This document shows positions 38,746 to 47,692 of a stretch of 64,000 nucleotides of DNA, piece by piece. The DNA comes from a virus (lineage: Duplodnaviria; Caudoviricetes). The notes beneath the pieces were generated by a model. The model ran no database searches. It saw only the letters and a list, made by a program, of their open reading frames with translations, and was not told the origin of the DNA. A program made the translations under genes and the position numbers. Location of the stretch: IMG/VR virus record IMGVR_UViG_3300033066_000493, positions 3,067 to 67,066 of that record; one strand, written 5' to 3'. Numbering within the stretch: position 1 is the first letter of the stretch; each line of letters opens with the position of its first letter.

Positions 38746-39237
38746 TTATAATAATTCATCAAACTTTATTTTATTTTTTATTTGGTAAATTAAATGATCT
38801 AATGATTTCAAAGTTTCATTTAGAAATTTAATATGATTAACCAATAAATTATAAAACTGTTCAGTTTCGGCAACTAATCCATCTATTTGTAGATAAATTG
38901 CCTGATATGATTTAAATTTGCCAACATTATCATCATAACACTGTTTTTTTTCTTGTTTTAATTGTCTTAAAGTTTTTTCAACATGGTCTTGTATTGCAAA
39001 TGTTTCTTCTATTAATCTTTGTCTATCTGATATTATTTTAGTATTTGATATTTGTTTTAAATCTTTAAATGATTCATCATGTTCAATTATTATTTCTGTC
39101 CATTTATTACGCATAGTAGCTAAGGATTTCTTTAATCTAGAAACCTTTGCACTATCTTTTTTATCAAAAAGATTGACATTAAAAGATTTCCCTAACTCTT
39201 CCTGTATTTCCACATCTTCGAGATCTGAATTTTTCAT
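38746..39237 (-). CDS. UvsY-like recombination mediator (tentative)
   Basis: Helical, ends FLNETLKSLDHLIYQIKNKIKF resembling the UvsY C-terminus; adjacent to uvsW as in T4. Confidence 0.45.
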   Translation of the reverse strand: MKNSDLEDVEIQEELGKSFNVNLFDKKDSAKVSRLKKSLATMRNKWTEIIIEHDESFKDLKQISNTKIISDRQRLIEETFAIQDHVEKTLRQLKQEKKQCYDDNVGKFKSYQAIYLQIDGLVAETEQFYNLLVNHIKFLNETLKSLDHLIYQIKNKIKFDELL

Positions 39238-39397
39238 TATTATCTCTTAAATTTGTTATTATAATTTCTTCTTTATCATGTATTTTTTTAGGTTTAGATA
39301 GAACCATATTTTGTTCTATACTTAGAATACCATCAAATATTAATTCGAATGGCATAATCTTTTTATTTATAAAAACTAAATCTTGGTGTTTAAACAT
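39179..39397 (-). CDS. Hypothetical protein
   Basis: 72-aa ORF filling the gap between primase and UvsY-like genes. Confidence 0.4.
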   Translation of the reverse strand: MFKHQDLVFINKKIMPFELIFDGILSIEQNMVLSKPKKIHDKEEIIITNLRDNNEKFRSRRCGNTGRVREIF

Positions 39398-40469
39398 GTA
39401 TTATATTTAATTTATTATTTGAAAAATAATTATCAAAAGGTAGCAATTTTATACCATTATTTTTACTGTATATAATCAAATCGTTTAAATCTTTTATATG
39501 TTCTAATATAGAATTATCATTTAGATATTTTTTCCATAAAAAGATTTTATTACCTTCTTTTATTTTTGAAATTGCTTTCTTTTTACCAGTTTCATCATTA
39601 TCAAACCAATATTGCATATTTTCTATTTCAAAATCCAAAACATTATGTGCTCCAGATAATGCTATTGAATTGTCATATAAAAAACTATCCATTGGGCCTT
39701 CAAACACTGTTACATTTCTATCAAAATTTATATTTAAAATATTAAATATACTTGATATATTATCCAATTTGGATACCGAATCATTTATATCTAAATCGCA
39801 TTCTTTATATATTGTACTTAATTTATACGTAAAATATTTTTTTTGTTTAAGTGGACGAATTTGATAACCAATAATAATATCATCTATACCATTTAATATA
39901 ACTAAAGAATTTGTTTTTGGTTGATATAAAAAATTATTATTATTATTTTGGTACCTATTTAATAGGAACGTTTCACAATTGGTATTATTTATTTCTGTAA
40001 AACCTAAATATTCTTTTAATTTTTCTTTTGTTAAAGAATATTTTCGTATATCATCTAAATCTAGAAAATTTAATCTAACAGTTGATATATTTCTAAAATC
40101 TACATCTGATTGAAAATTTCTAATTGCATATAAATCTACATCATTTAAATCACATTTATCTTTATATTCTTTTATGAAAGAATAAAGACTCATTTTTATA
40201 CCACAATTAAAACACTTGTAACTCATATTTTTAAAATATAAATTACCACGTTTTTTAAAACTATCTGTTGTGCTATCACCACAATAAGGACATGCAAAAT
40301 TAAATCTAGAATTAAAATCTTCTATTTTTCTTTTGTTTGGATTTACAAAAGTCTGATCTAAGACACATTGAATATGTGTTTTTATTTTATCTAAACTTAA
40401 TACTTCTCTATTTTTATTTAAATTTTCTAACGAAAATGTAAAATTTATATCAAATAAATCACTATCCAT
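39390..40469 (-). CDS. DNA primase (T4 gp61-like)
   Basis: FACPYCGDS...KRGNLY...CFNCG Zn ribbon; TOPRIM VFEGPMDS, FDNDETG, KDLND. Confidence 0.88.
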   Translation of the reverse strand: MDSDLFDINFTFSLENLNKNREVLSLDKIKTHIQCVLDQTFVNPNKRKIEDFNSRFNFACPYCGDSTTDSFKKRGNLYFKNMSYKCFNCGIKMSLYSFIKEYKDKCDLNDVDLYAIRNFQSDVDFRNISTVRLNFLDLDDIRKYSLTKEKLKEYLGFTEINNTNCETFLLNRYQNNNNNFLYQPKTNSLVILNGIDDIIIGYQIRPLKQKKYFTYKLSTIYKECDLDINDSVSKLDNISSIFNILNINFDRNVTVFEGPMDSFLYDNSIALSGAHNVLDFEIENMQYWFDNDETGKKKAISKIKEGNKIFLWKKYLNDNSILEHIKDLNDLIIYSKNNGIKLLPFDNYFSNNKLNIIHV

Positions 40470-40490
40470 TTTATTTCAAATAATAAAATT

Positions 40491-40527
40491 AAAAAAAAAT
40501 GGGGATAAAATTAAATTTATCCCCATT
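40491..40527 (-). terminator. Intrinsic terminator after the ssDNA-binding protein gene
   Basis: AATGGGGATAAA-ATTAAA-TTTATCCCCATT 12-bp stem (40498-40527) plus A-run. Confidence 0.85.
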
Positions 40528-40532
40528 ATCAT

Positions 40533-41564
40533 TTATAAATCTTTGTATAAATCGTCATCATCGTCATCATCGGGGATAGTAACCTTTGATTTTTTAGAAG
40601 GTTTCATTTGTGGTATATCTTCATCTTCAAACATATCATCTAAAGAATCTCTAGTAGGAGAATATTCCGCTCTATCAACAACTTTTTCTTTTTGTATAGA
40701 ATTTTTTACTTTTGAAGTAATTGATGAAATTTTTGATTCTTCTTTAGAATATGAACCATCGCCAAATATTTTAGATTTAATTTTACCAGATGGTAAAATA
40801 GACTCAATCGATTCTAATACAAATGTTTTTGTATCATCATCCCAAGGTTTAAAATTATATTTATTTAAATCTGGAGAATTATCTTCTAAATATTTTTTGA
40901 TAATAGACATATCTTCTTTTGTTCTTTCCATTGCTCTACCATCTATTTCAATTGGCTTAGAATCTCCAATAAATTGAGAATCATCATAATTGTTATAGTT
41001 TGATACAGTTTTGATATGTAACATGAATAATTTACCAGTAAACAAATCAAATGGTTTATTGGTATTTGATATACCATCCATACCATCTGGACTCATTATA
41101 TTTTTAATTTTATCATGTACTTTTTTACCATATTTAAAAATCTTAATTTTACCTTCTAATTCTGGGTGATTAGGATCTTTAACTATTTGAATTAAAGAAT
41201 AAAAACTTTCACGTCTTGTAAATTGAGATGCTAAATCTTCTTCTCTAGCATTATCAGATTTTTTTAACATGAAATATATATCTTGAAGAATTGATTTTTC
41301 TTTAATAGAACTAGGACAATCAATCATTCTTGATTGATCGGTATTTTGGTTTGTCAACCAAACAGTCCATTTAGATTTAATAGATTCTTGTGGATTTTTT
41401 ACAAAAGGTAAAAAACGTATTACTGATTTGTAAACACCGTCTTTACCTTCTTTTGCGGAAGGTCTGTATAAATCATCATAAGCTGATGATTTTTTATCAT
41501 CCTTAAATAAGTCGGATGAATCAATATTGAATAGTGCATCGTCGATGCTAAAGTTGTTTGCCAT
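40533..41564 (-). CDS. Single-stranded DNA-binding protein (T4 gp32-like)
   Basis: VIRFLP, DCPSSI, GKIKIFKYGKK, PFDLFTG, NYDDS, acidic tail DDDDDDLYKDL; SD AAGGAG. Confidence 0.88.
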   Translation of the reverse strand: MANNFSIDDALFNIDSSDLFKDDKKSSAYDDLYRPSAKEGKDGVYKSVIRFLPFVKNPQESIKSKWTVWLTNQNTDQSRMIDCPSSIKEKSILQDIYFMLKKSDNAREEDLASQFTRRESFYSLIQIVKDPNHPELEGKIKIFKYGKKVHDKIKNIMSPDGMDGISNTNKPFDLFTGKLFMLHIKTVSNYNNYDDSQFIGDSKPIEIDGRAMERTKEDMSIIKKYLEDNSPDLNKYNFKPWDDDTKTFVLESIESILPSGKIKSKIFGDGSYSKEESKISSITSKVKNSIQKEKVVDRAEYSPTRDSLDDMFEDEDIPQMKPSKKSKVTIPDDDDDDDLYKDL

Positions 41565-41653
41565 CTTTTACTCCTTGATTTTTTTAAAATATTTGAACTG
41601 TTTGTAATTATTGTACGTTTGTATCTTAAATTTGTTTAAATTAAATTTAAACT

Positions 41654-42271
41654 TTATTTTATTTGAACTGTTTTGGCTGTAAAGTATGCATCTATAAGAT
41701 CATCTATAGGTTTAATCCAGTGTCTATTTATAAATAATGTATCTTTATTATCATTTAAAAATACCCTTAATTCATCATCATCAATGATATTTAAATATGA
41801 TTCAGCTATTTGATCTTTATTATAATTTCCATTACCAGCAATAGATTTTATAGTTTTTGGACTGTATATTGAAAAATTATAATTATTTTTTATTAATTTG
41901 TGTCGTAATAAATAGTTATATCCAGCTAATTCTGCTAAACGATTTCCAGTGGAACCATACGAGAACCCTTCTAAACCTATCTTAACTTCACTGTCTTTAA
42001 TTTTACTTTGTATATATTCTATTATTGAATCTGTTAAAAATTCTGCTTCTATTAGATTATTATTTTCTCTTACTTGATAATTTTTACTTTCTACTATCGG
42101 TTTGTTTATATTTAAACTTAAATTTTTAAATTCTTTTAAAACATCTATACCTATCACTTCTTTTTTTGTTAATTTACCAGGCCTATATAAACTATAATAA
42201 TTAAATATATTATCATTATTTACACAAACTGCTGGCGATGAAATGGAAAAATCTATACCTATAAATATCAT
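41654..42271 (-). CDS. RuvC-like Holliday junction resolvase
   Basis: IGIDFSISSPAV, LEGFSYGS, PKTIK..A.G.GN..K, DDLIDAY. Confidence 0.75.
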   Translation of the reverse strand: MIFIGIDFSISSPAVCVNNDNIFNYYSLYRPGKLTKKEVIGIDVLKEFKNLSLNINKPIVESKNYQVRENNNLIEAEFLTDSIIEYIQSKIKDSEVKIGLEGFSYGSTGNRLAELAGYNYLLRHKLIKNNYNFSIYSPKTIKSIAGNGNYNKDQIAESYLNIIDDDELRVFLNDNKDTLFINRHWIKPIDDLIDAYFTAKTVQIK

Positions 42272-43065
42272 AGTTTTAAGTTACTCATAAAGTGATTTAA
42301 ATGAGTTATAGTAACACCACCTTTTTTACCCTTTTCCTTTAACGAAGATGTTAAAGTGATATGAAGTGCTGGTATCTTAGTTCTGTGTTTAATTAAATCT
42401 GGATATGTTTTGAAAAATTCAGAAAGAGCAATATTACCTTTTATTCTACTTGTAATTTTTCTTTTGAAACTCAAATAATTCGCAGCATTTTTTATAACGT
42501 ATATATTATTTTTACTAGGAGACTTATCATTTAATTTAAAATCACTATACTTAACTGTTAATGGATTTTCTTCAAAATTTCTATCTTTATTTTTATTTAA
42601 AAATTCAATAGTTTTACCTAAATCTGCATTTACTTCATCAAATTTTGAAATATATTTATTTGATATAATAGATGCAAATTCAGTTATATTTGTTATTGAT
42701 TTTTCTGGTGTATTATCTTTTAATATATTTATAACTTCTATTTGGCTACCTATATCATTTGATAAATCTTTATCAGACATTATTGAATTTATAATATCTT
42801 TAGTTGCATCTTGTTTTTGTTTATCAAATATATCATTAACATCTACTACTTTAGAATTACTTTTATATTTTTTAAATAGAACAGCAGCGGTTATACCAAC
42901 AGCAGCAGAACCTAATAATATTGCTATTTTTTTCCAATGTTTTTCTAAAAATGATTGTACCTTTTTATCATCCGGTTTAGAATCATTTATAATTTCATCT
43001 TCTATACCAGTTTCATTATCATCAGATTCTAATAGATATTGATTGTATTCTAAAATATATTTCAT
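42268..43065 (-). CDS. HWKK-family protein with TM-like segment
   Basis: MKYILEYNQYLLE leader; KVQSFLEKHWKKIAILLGSAAVGITAAVLFKKYK. Confidence 0.65.
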   Translation of the reverse strand: MKYILEYNQYLLESDDNETGIEDEIINDSKPDDKKVQSFLEKHWKKIAILLGSAAVGITAAVLFKKYKSNSKVVDVNDIFDKQKQDATKDIINSIMSDKDLSNDIGSQIEVINILKDNTPEKSITNITEFASIISNKYISKFDEVNADLGKTIEFLNKNKDRNFEENPLTVKYSDFKLNDKSPSKNNIYVIKNAANYLSFKRKITSRIKGNIALSEFFKTYPDLIKHRTKIPALHITLTSSLKEKGKKGGVTITHLNHFMSNLKL

Positions 43066-43655
43066 TGTTTTTCGAATTTTATTTGTGATCCAGAACTTTT
43101 AAATGATACAGAAAATGTTCTAAATTCCGGAACATTACTGGCATAACTTAATTCTAATTCTGATATACCTGTCATTATTATTTCATAATAAATTTTTGTA
43201 GCTATAAGGTATCCAGTATGATCTAATAATTGCAACTGAACGTGCCCTAAATTAGGTTCGTTACTTGGTCCATAACTTAAAAATTTTTCAAATTGTCTAT
43301 GCATTATAAAATAATTTAAAAAACCTTCAGTAGTTTTAAATATTACTGTAAATTCTCTTAAAGAACTTAATTCCATATCAAATCCACCAACATATTCCCT
43401 ACTTGGTGATTTACCATAATCTTTACCAGATCTAACATGTGATCTTTTTTGTGTTACAGTTTGACTAACTGTTTCGACATCTATAGCAGGCCATGATATA
43501 GATTGTATAGTTGCATTAATATAAGAAGTTGCACTTTTATATGGAAATGTTGCTCTTTTGAAAATAGGAGAAAATTCTTCTTCAACATCCGGATATATCC
43601 ATTTAGATGGAAAAGAAAAAATAAAATTTGAAAATTTAGAATTTAATAAACTCAT
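43062..43655 (-). CDS. Tail tube-like / baseplate tube protein (gp19/gp54 fold, tentative)
   Basis: TIQSISWP, FTVIFK, LQLLD, ISELELSY, FSVSF beta-strand pattern; head of the structural block. Confidence 0.5.
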   Translation of the reverse strand: MSLLNSKFSNFIFSFPSKWIYPDVEEEFSPIFKRATFPYKSATSYINATIQSISWPAIDVETVSQTVTQKRSHVRSGKDYGKSPSREYVGGFDMELSSLREFTVIFKTTEGFLNYFIMHRQFEKFLSYGPSNEPNLGHVQLQLLDHTGYLIATKIYYEIIMTGISELELSYASNVPEFRTFSVSFKSSGSQIKFEKQ

Positions 43656-43658
43656 ATA

Positions 43659-45797
43659 TTATAATACTTTAGCGTTATCTATTATTTTTGACCAACTAGA
43701 TCTAAATTCTTCTACTGAAGATTGTTGTGTTGTATCTAATTTTAGATCTTTTATACTATTAATAAATGAATCATAATCATTTTTCAATGTTTGTAATTTA
43801 TTATTTTCTAATTTTATATTATCTACAATAGATGATAATATTTTGGTTTTTAAATCATAATCTATTTGTTCTATTTGATTGTAATTCGTCAATTTAGACC
43901 ATTTACCAGAATATAATATAGTTTCAAAATCTTTTTTTGAATTCCATGCATTTGTACCAGTAACCTTACCAGATATTTTATTTTCAATAGTTATATAAAA
44001 ATCACTAGTTGCACTATTTATTATTTTTTGTGAATTTATAGAATTTATTTTAAATATTAAAACACCATCTTCTTCGGATTGTATATTTATATTTTCTACC
44101 TTTTTAAATTCATTAATACGAATTTCTTCACCATTAGATGTTTTAAATATAAGATAAAGATTTAAATTATCTCCAGATTTTAAATCTTTAAATACTTCTG
44201 GAACTCCATTTTTTTTATCTATGTATTTATAAATTTTAAATTTTAGAAAATTATCATATTCATTTATAAATATTCTACAATCACCCTGACCATATATAAC
44301 ATTACTATTATTAAAATCCTCGAAATTTAATTTATTAGTATCAATAATTGTATTTGGTATATTTTCAAATAAAACTTTTGTAGTTAATTTGGAAGAAGAA
44401 TCTACAAATAAAGTGTAGGAATTGACACTGATGTCTTTAAATTGAAATGGCACTATGGTAGAAGTCGATGATTGCTGTATTATAGTATTATTAACTTTAC
44501 TTAAATTGTATGTATTAGAGCCAGTATTTGAATCTATATTTTTAATTATTTTATTTACAATTTTAATTGGTTGATATCCAATAGGTATATTTAATTTTTG
44601 CATCCATCTACCATATTTTGAAGCATTTGGAAAAGTATAAGTCGCTCTTCTCATAACTTGAGAGTTATCAACTTTATCTAATAATCTAAATGTATATTCT
44701 ATTGTAAATGTAACTGCATTTGCATTTTCTATAACAGGTCTAAATTTAAATACTTGGTCAAAACCATTTTCTTGAAAAAATGATTGCTTGTGTGTTAATA
44801 TTTCATCATAATCACCAAATGATGATATTTGCTCGTATAATTCTATATCATGTATACCAATATAATTGTGACCTAATTTTGCTTGATCTACTATGAAATC
44901 TTCTAAAAAATCTCCATTATACATAGGAAATATTTCAAAATAATCACCAACTACACTTTCTTGTATATTAGCTACTAAATTTGCAAAATTATCATAATTT
45001 AAAATTTCTGTACGTACAACACCTTGAGTATCATTACCTAATGGTAATGCTGTTCTAATCATTATCTGGCCATTATCAGATACATAATAATCATGTATCT
45101 CATAAAAAACTATATTAATTTTAGAATTATTATAATCTGGTATATCAAATAAATTTTTATAAATTATATTATTACCATAATTTATAACAGAATTAAAAAT
45201 TTCTTTAGTTTGTAAATCAGAGTCAGTTATTGATTTTAAACTTGGTATTTTTACTTCAATATATTTATCATAAATTCTATCACCTATCAACATAGGTGTT
45301 TTATTTAAAATTATATGTGTATCTTCTTTTAAATATGCAATATTAGCAGCAAATGTTTGTTTGAAATTTTTATTATCAACATAGGATGCTCTTATAATAA
45401 ATCCACCTAAATTATCAAAATTATAACCGGATACTATATGAACTTTTATCGAATCATATACAACATTTATTTCTGTACTTCTACCTAAATAAATTGGTTG
45501 AAAAAACAAAGCTTCATTCTGTTGTTCAAAGTATTTTAATGGTCTATCAGTATCTAAATGAACCCATAAATTATCATCAACAGGCATTACAGTATAATCT
45601 ATAGAGTTACCAGTTAATTTTTTTGGTAAAGAATAATCAGATTGATTATAATTTACATATGATAAATTACCACTGAATGCATTTATTATTCTATAAAAAT
45701 CAACATCCTTAGTATTTATAACATCAGAGTTATATGTAAATTCTAATAATGCGTATGGCGTTAACTGTATAAACCTACTGCTTGATGTTAAATTCAT
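43659..45797 (-). CDS. Large virion structural protein
   Basis: 712 aa, beta-rich, in the tail/baseplate block. Confidence 0.5.
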   Translation of the reverse strand: MNLTSSSRFIQLTPYALLEFTYNSDVINTKDVDFYRIINAFSGNLSYVNYNQSDYSLPKKLTGNSIDYTVMPVDDNLWVHLDTDRPLKYFEQQNEALFFQPIYLGRSTEINVVYDSIKVHIVSGYNFDNLGGFIIRASYVDNKNFKQTFAANIAYLKEDTHIILNKTPMLIGDRIYDKYIEVKIPSLKSITDSDLQTKEIFNSVINYGNNIIYKNLFDIPDYNNSKINIVFYEIHDYYVSDNGQIMIRTALPLGNDTQGVVRTEILNYDNFANLVANIQESVVGDYFEIFPMYNGDFLEDFIVDQAKLGHNYIGIHDIELYEQISSFGDYDEILTHKQSFFQENGFDQVFKFRPVIENANAVTFTIEYTFRLLDKVDNSQVMRRATYTFPNASKYGRWMQKLNIPIGYQPIKIVNKIIKNIDSNTGSNTYNLSKVNNTIIQQSSTSTIVPFQFKDISVNSYTLFVDSSSKLTTKVLFENIPNTIIDTNKLNFEDFNNSNVIYGQGDCRIFINEYDNFLKFKIYKYIDKKNGVPEVFKDLKSGDNLNLYLIFKTSNGEEIRINEFKKVENINIQSEEDGVLIFKINSINSQKIINSATSDFYITIENKISGKVTGTNAWNSKKDFETILYSGKWSKLTNYNQIEQIDYDLKTKILSSIVDNIKLENNKLQTLKNDYDSFINSIKDLKLDTTQQSSVEEFRSSWSKIIDNAKVL

Positions 45798-45810
45798 TAA
45801 ATTCTATTTT

Positions 45811-46578
45811 TTAAAAATGTATACCGAAAACTTTAATAGTCATACCAGCACCTAAAAAAAAATTCCAAGAATTATTGGAATTTCCAAAACCAAATTGTGG
45901 TCCAAAAATTATCCAATCTTTATCTTTATTATCAAATAAAGTAGGATCTAAAATTGCACCTTCTATATTATCAAATGATATATTTTTATTATCATCCTTA
46001 GTACGTATAAAAATCTTATATATACCATTTGATTCTTCTTTTACACCAGTTATAATTTTAAATGAAAATTTATAATCCGTTAAACTACTTCTAATCTTAT
46101 TTAATTCTCGAATAGAATCATTCGTCAATATAAATGTAGTATTGCCACTTATAGATTTATAAAAACCAAATTGCTCATCTTCAAAATTCCATGGCAAATA
46201 ATAAGTACTATCATCCAATTTTTTATATTTAGATGTAGAATCTATTATGGTAATTGTATCATGTATAATTACCTCTGCACCTGTTATTATTTTAATATTA
46301 CCCTTTTCTTTATCTAATTCTTTCTTTAAATCAGCATTATACTTTTCTAATTCACCTTTTTCTAAAAGGTACATTTTTCTTTCATACTCAAATTGACCAT
46401 TTTTTAAAATTAATTTATGAGTAGAATCCTTATATGTTTCAAAATTATTACTACTTCTATCTAAATCATTTTTATATGAATTACAACTTTGTATCCATAA
46501 AAAAATACAAATAATTAATGCAGAAAATAACAGCAGTCGTTGGACTGCTGTATTTTTAAGAAATATAAGTATATTCAT
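45811..46578 (-). CDS. Membrane-anchored coiled-coil protein, possible spanin-like lysis accessory
   Basis: N-terminal hydrophobic helix ending IQSC, coiled coil, C-terminal FGPQFGFG...FLGAGMTIKVFGIHF. Confidence 0.4.
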   Translation of the reverse strand: MNILIFLKNTAVQRLLLFSALIICIFLWIQSCNSYKNDLDRSSNNFETYKDSTHKLILKNGQFEYERKMYLLEKGELEKYNADLKKELDKEKGNIKIITGAEVIIHDTITIIDSTSKYKKLDDSTYYLPWNFEDEQFGFYKSISGNTTFILTNDSIRELNKIRSSLTDYKFSFKIITGVKEESNGIYKIFIRTKDDNKNISFDNIEGAILDPTLFDNKDKDWIIFGPQFGFGNSNNSWNFFLGAGMTIKVFGIHF

Positions 46579-46590
46579 ATATAATATTTT

Positions 46591-47118
46591 TTATAATGAT
46601 AAATTCGCTCCAACAAATACTTCTGAACCATTAGAAGGTGGTGAGCCTGGAGTTGTATATGGCGTTATATCATAAAAACTTGGACCAGAACCAGATGTAG
46701 ATGAAAATTCCAATACAACAGTAGAAGGCACTTGTGAATATGTAATAGGTGGTATTTGTTTAGCATAATTAGCCACAATAAGAACTTTACCATTAGCCCC
46801 AATACTTGTATCTTTAGCAATTAGACAACTGGATGCATTATATGGTGCAGGATAAACAGGTGTTGGAAATTCCAAAACTAATTTATTATTTATCTGGGTA
46901 AGTGTTTTTCCATTTAAATCATATACTTGATCCCTTGCCGTGCCAATCAAAGAAGATATAGTATTACCATTTACCTTAACCGAAGTTAAAGTATCTAATG
47001 CTGGATCTGCTAAATATCTTATAAAAGTATAAGAATATTGTATAGAACCAGGAACAGAAAGATATTGAGCATTGCCCTCTATTATTGTATTTGTAATAGT
47101 AAATCTTGTAGTTGACAT
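46591..47118 (-). CDS. Virion structural protein, tandem paralog B
   Basis: 175 aa, highly similar to 47134-47661. Confidence 0.75.
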   Translation of the reverse strand: MSTTRFTITNTIIEGNAQYLSVPGSIQYSYTFIRYLADPALDTLTSVKVNGNTISSLIGTARDQVYDLNGKTLTQINNKLVLEFPTPVYPAPYNASSCLIAKDTSIGANGKVLIVANYAKQIPPITYSQVPSTVVLEFSSTSGSGPSFYDITPYTTPGSPPSNGSEVFVGANLSL

Positions 47119-47388
47119 TTTTGATTAATTATTTTATAAAGATACAGTTGCACCTACGAACACAGCCTCACCTGATGCAGGAGGAGCACCTGGAGTTGTA
47201 TATGGAGTTATATCATATAAACTAGGACCTGCGCCAGATGTTGATGAAATTTCTAATACAACAGTAGAAGGCACTTGTGAATATGTAATAGGTGGTATTT
47301 GTTTAGCATAATTAGCCACAATAAGAACTTTACCATTAGCCCCAATACTTGTATCTTTAGCAATTAGACAACTGGATGCATTATATGG
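46712..47388. repeat. 134-bp identical direct repeat shared by the tandem paralogs (46712-46845 and 47255-47388)
   Basis: Base-by-base comparison; offset 543 nt; flanks carry many synonymous differences. Confidence 0.85.
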
Positions 47389-47661
47389 CGCTGGATAAAC
47401 AGGTGTTGGAAATTCTAAAACAAGTTTATCATTTCTTTGAGTTGGTGTTTTTCCACTAAAATCGTAAGTTTGTTCTCTTGCTGTACCAATTAAAGAAGAT
47501 ATAGTATTACCATTAATCTTTACGGCAGTTATTGTATCTAATGCGGAATCTGATAAATATCTTATAAAGATATATGAATATTGTATAGTACCAGTTATAG
47601 CAAGATATGCAGCATTTCCTTCTACAACTGTATTTGTTACTGTTAATGTAGTCGTTGACAT
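47134..47661 (-). CDS. Virion structural protein, tandem paralog A
   Basis: 175 aa, same length and leader (AATAATTAATCAAAAATG) as paralog B. Confidence 0.75.
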   Translation of the reverse strand: MSTTTLTVTNTVVEGNAAYLAITGTIQYSYIFIRYLSDSALDTITAVKINGNTISSLIGTAREQTYDFSGKTPTQRNDKLVLEFPTPVYPAPYNASSCLIAKDTSIGANGKVLIVANYAKQIPPITYSQVPSTVVLEISSTSGAGPSLYDITPYTTPGAPPASGEAVFVGATVSL

Positions 47662-47692
47662 TTTTGATTAATTATTTTTTATATATATTATT

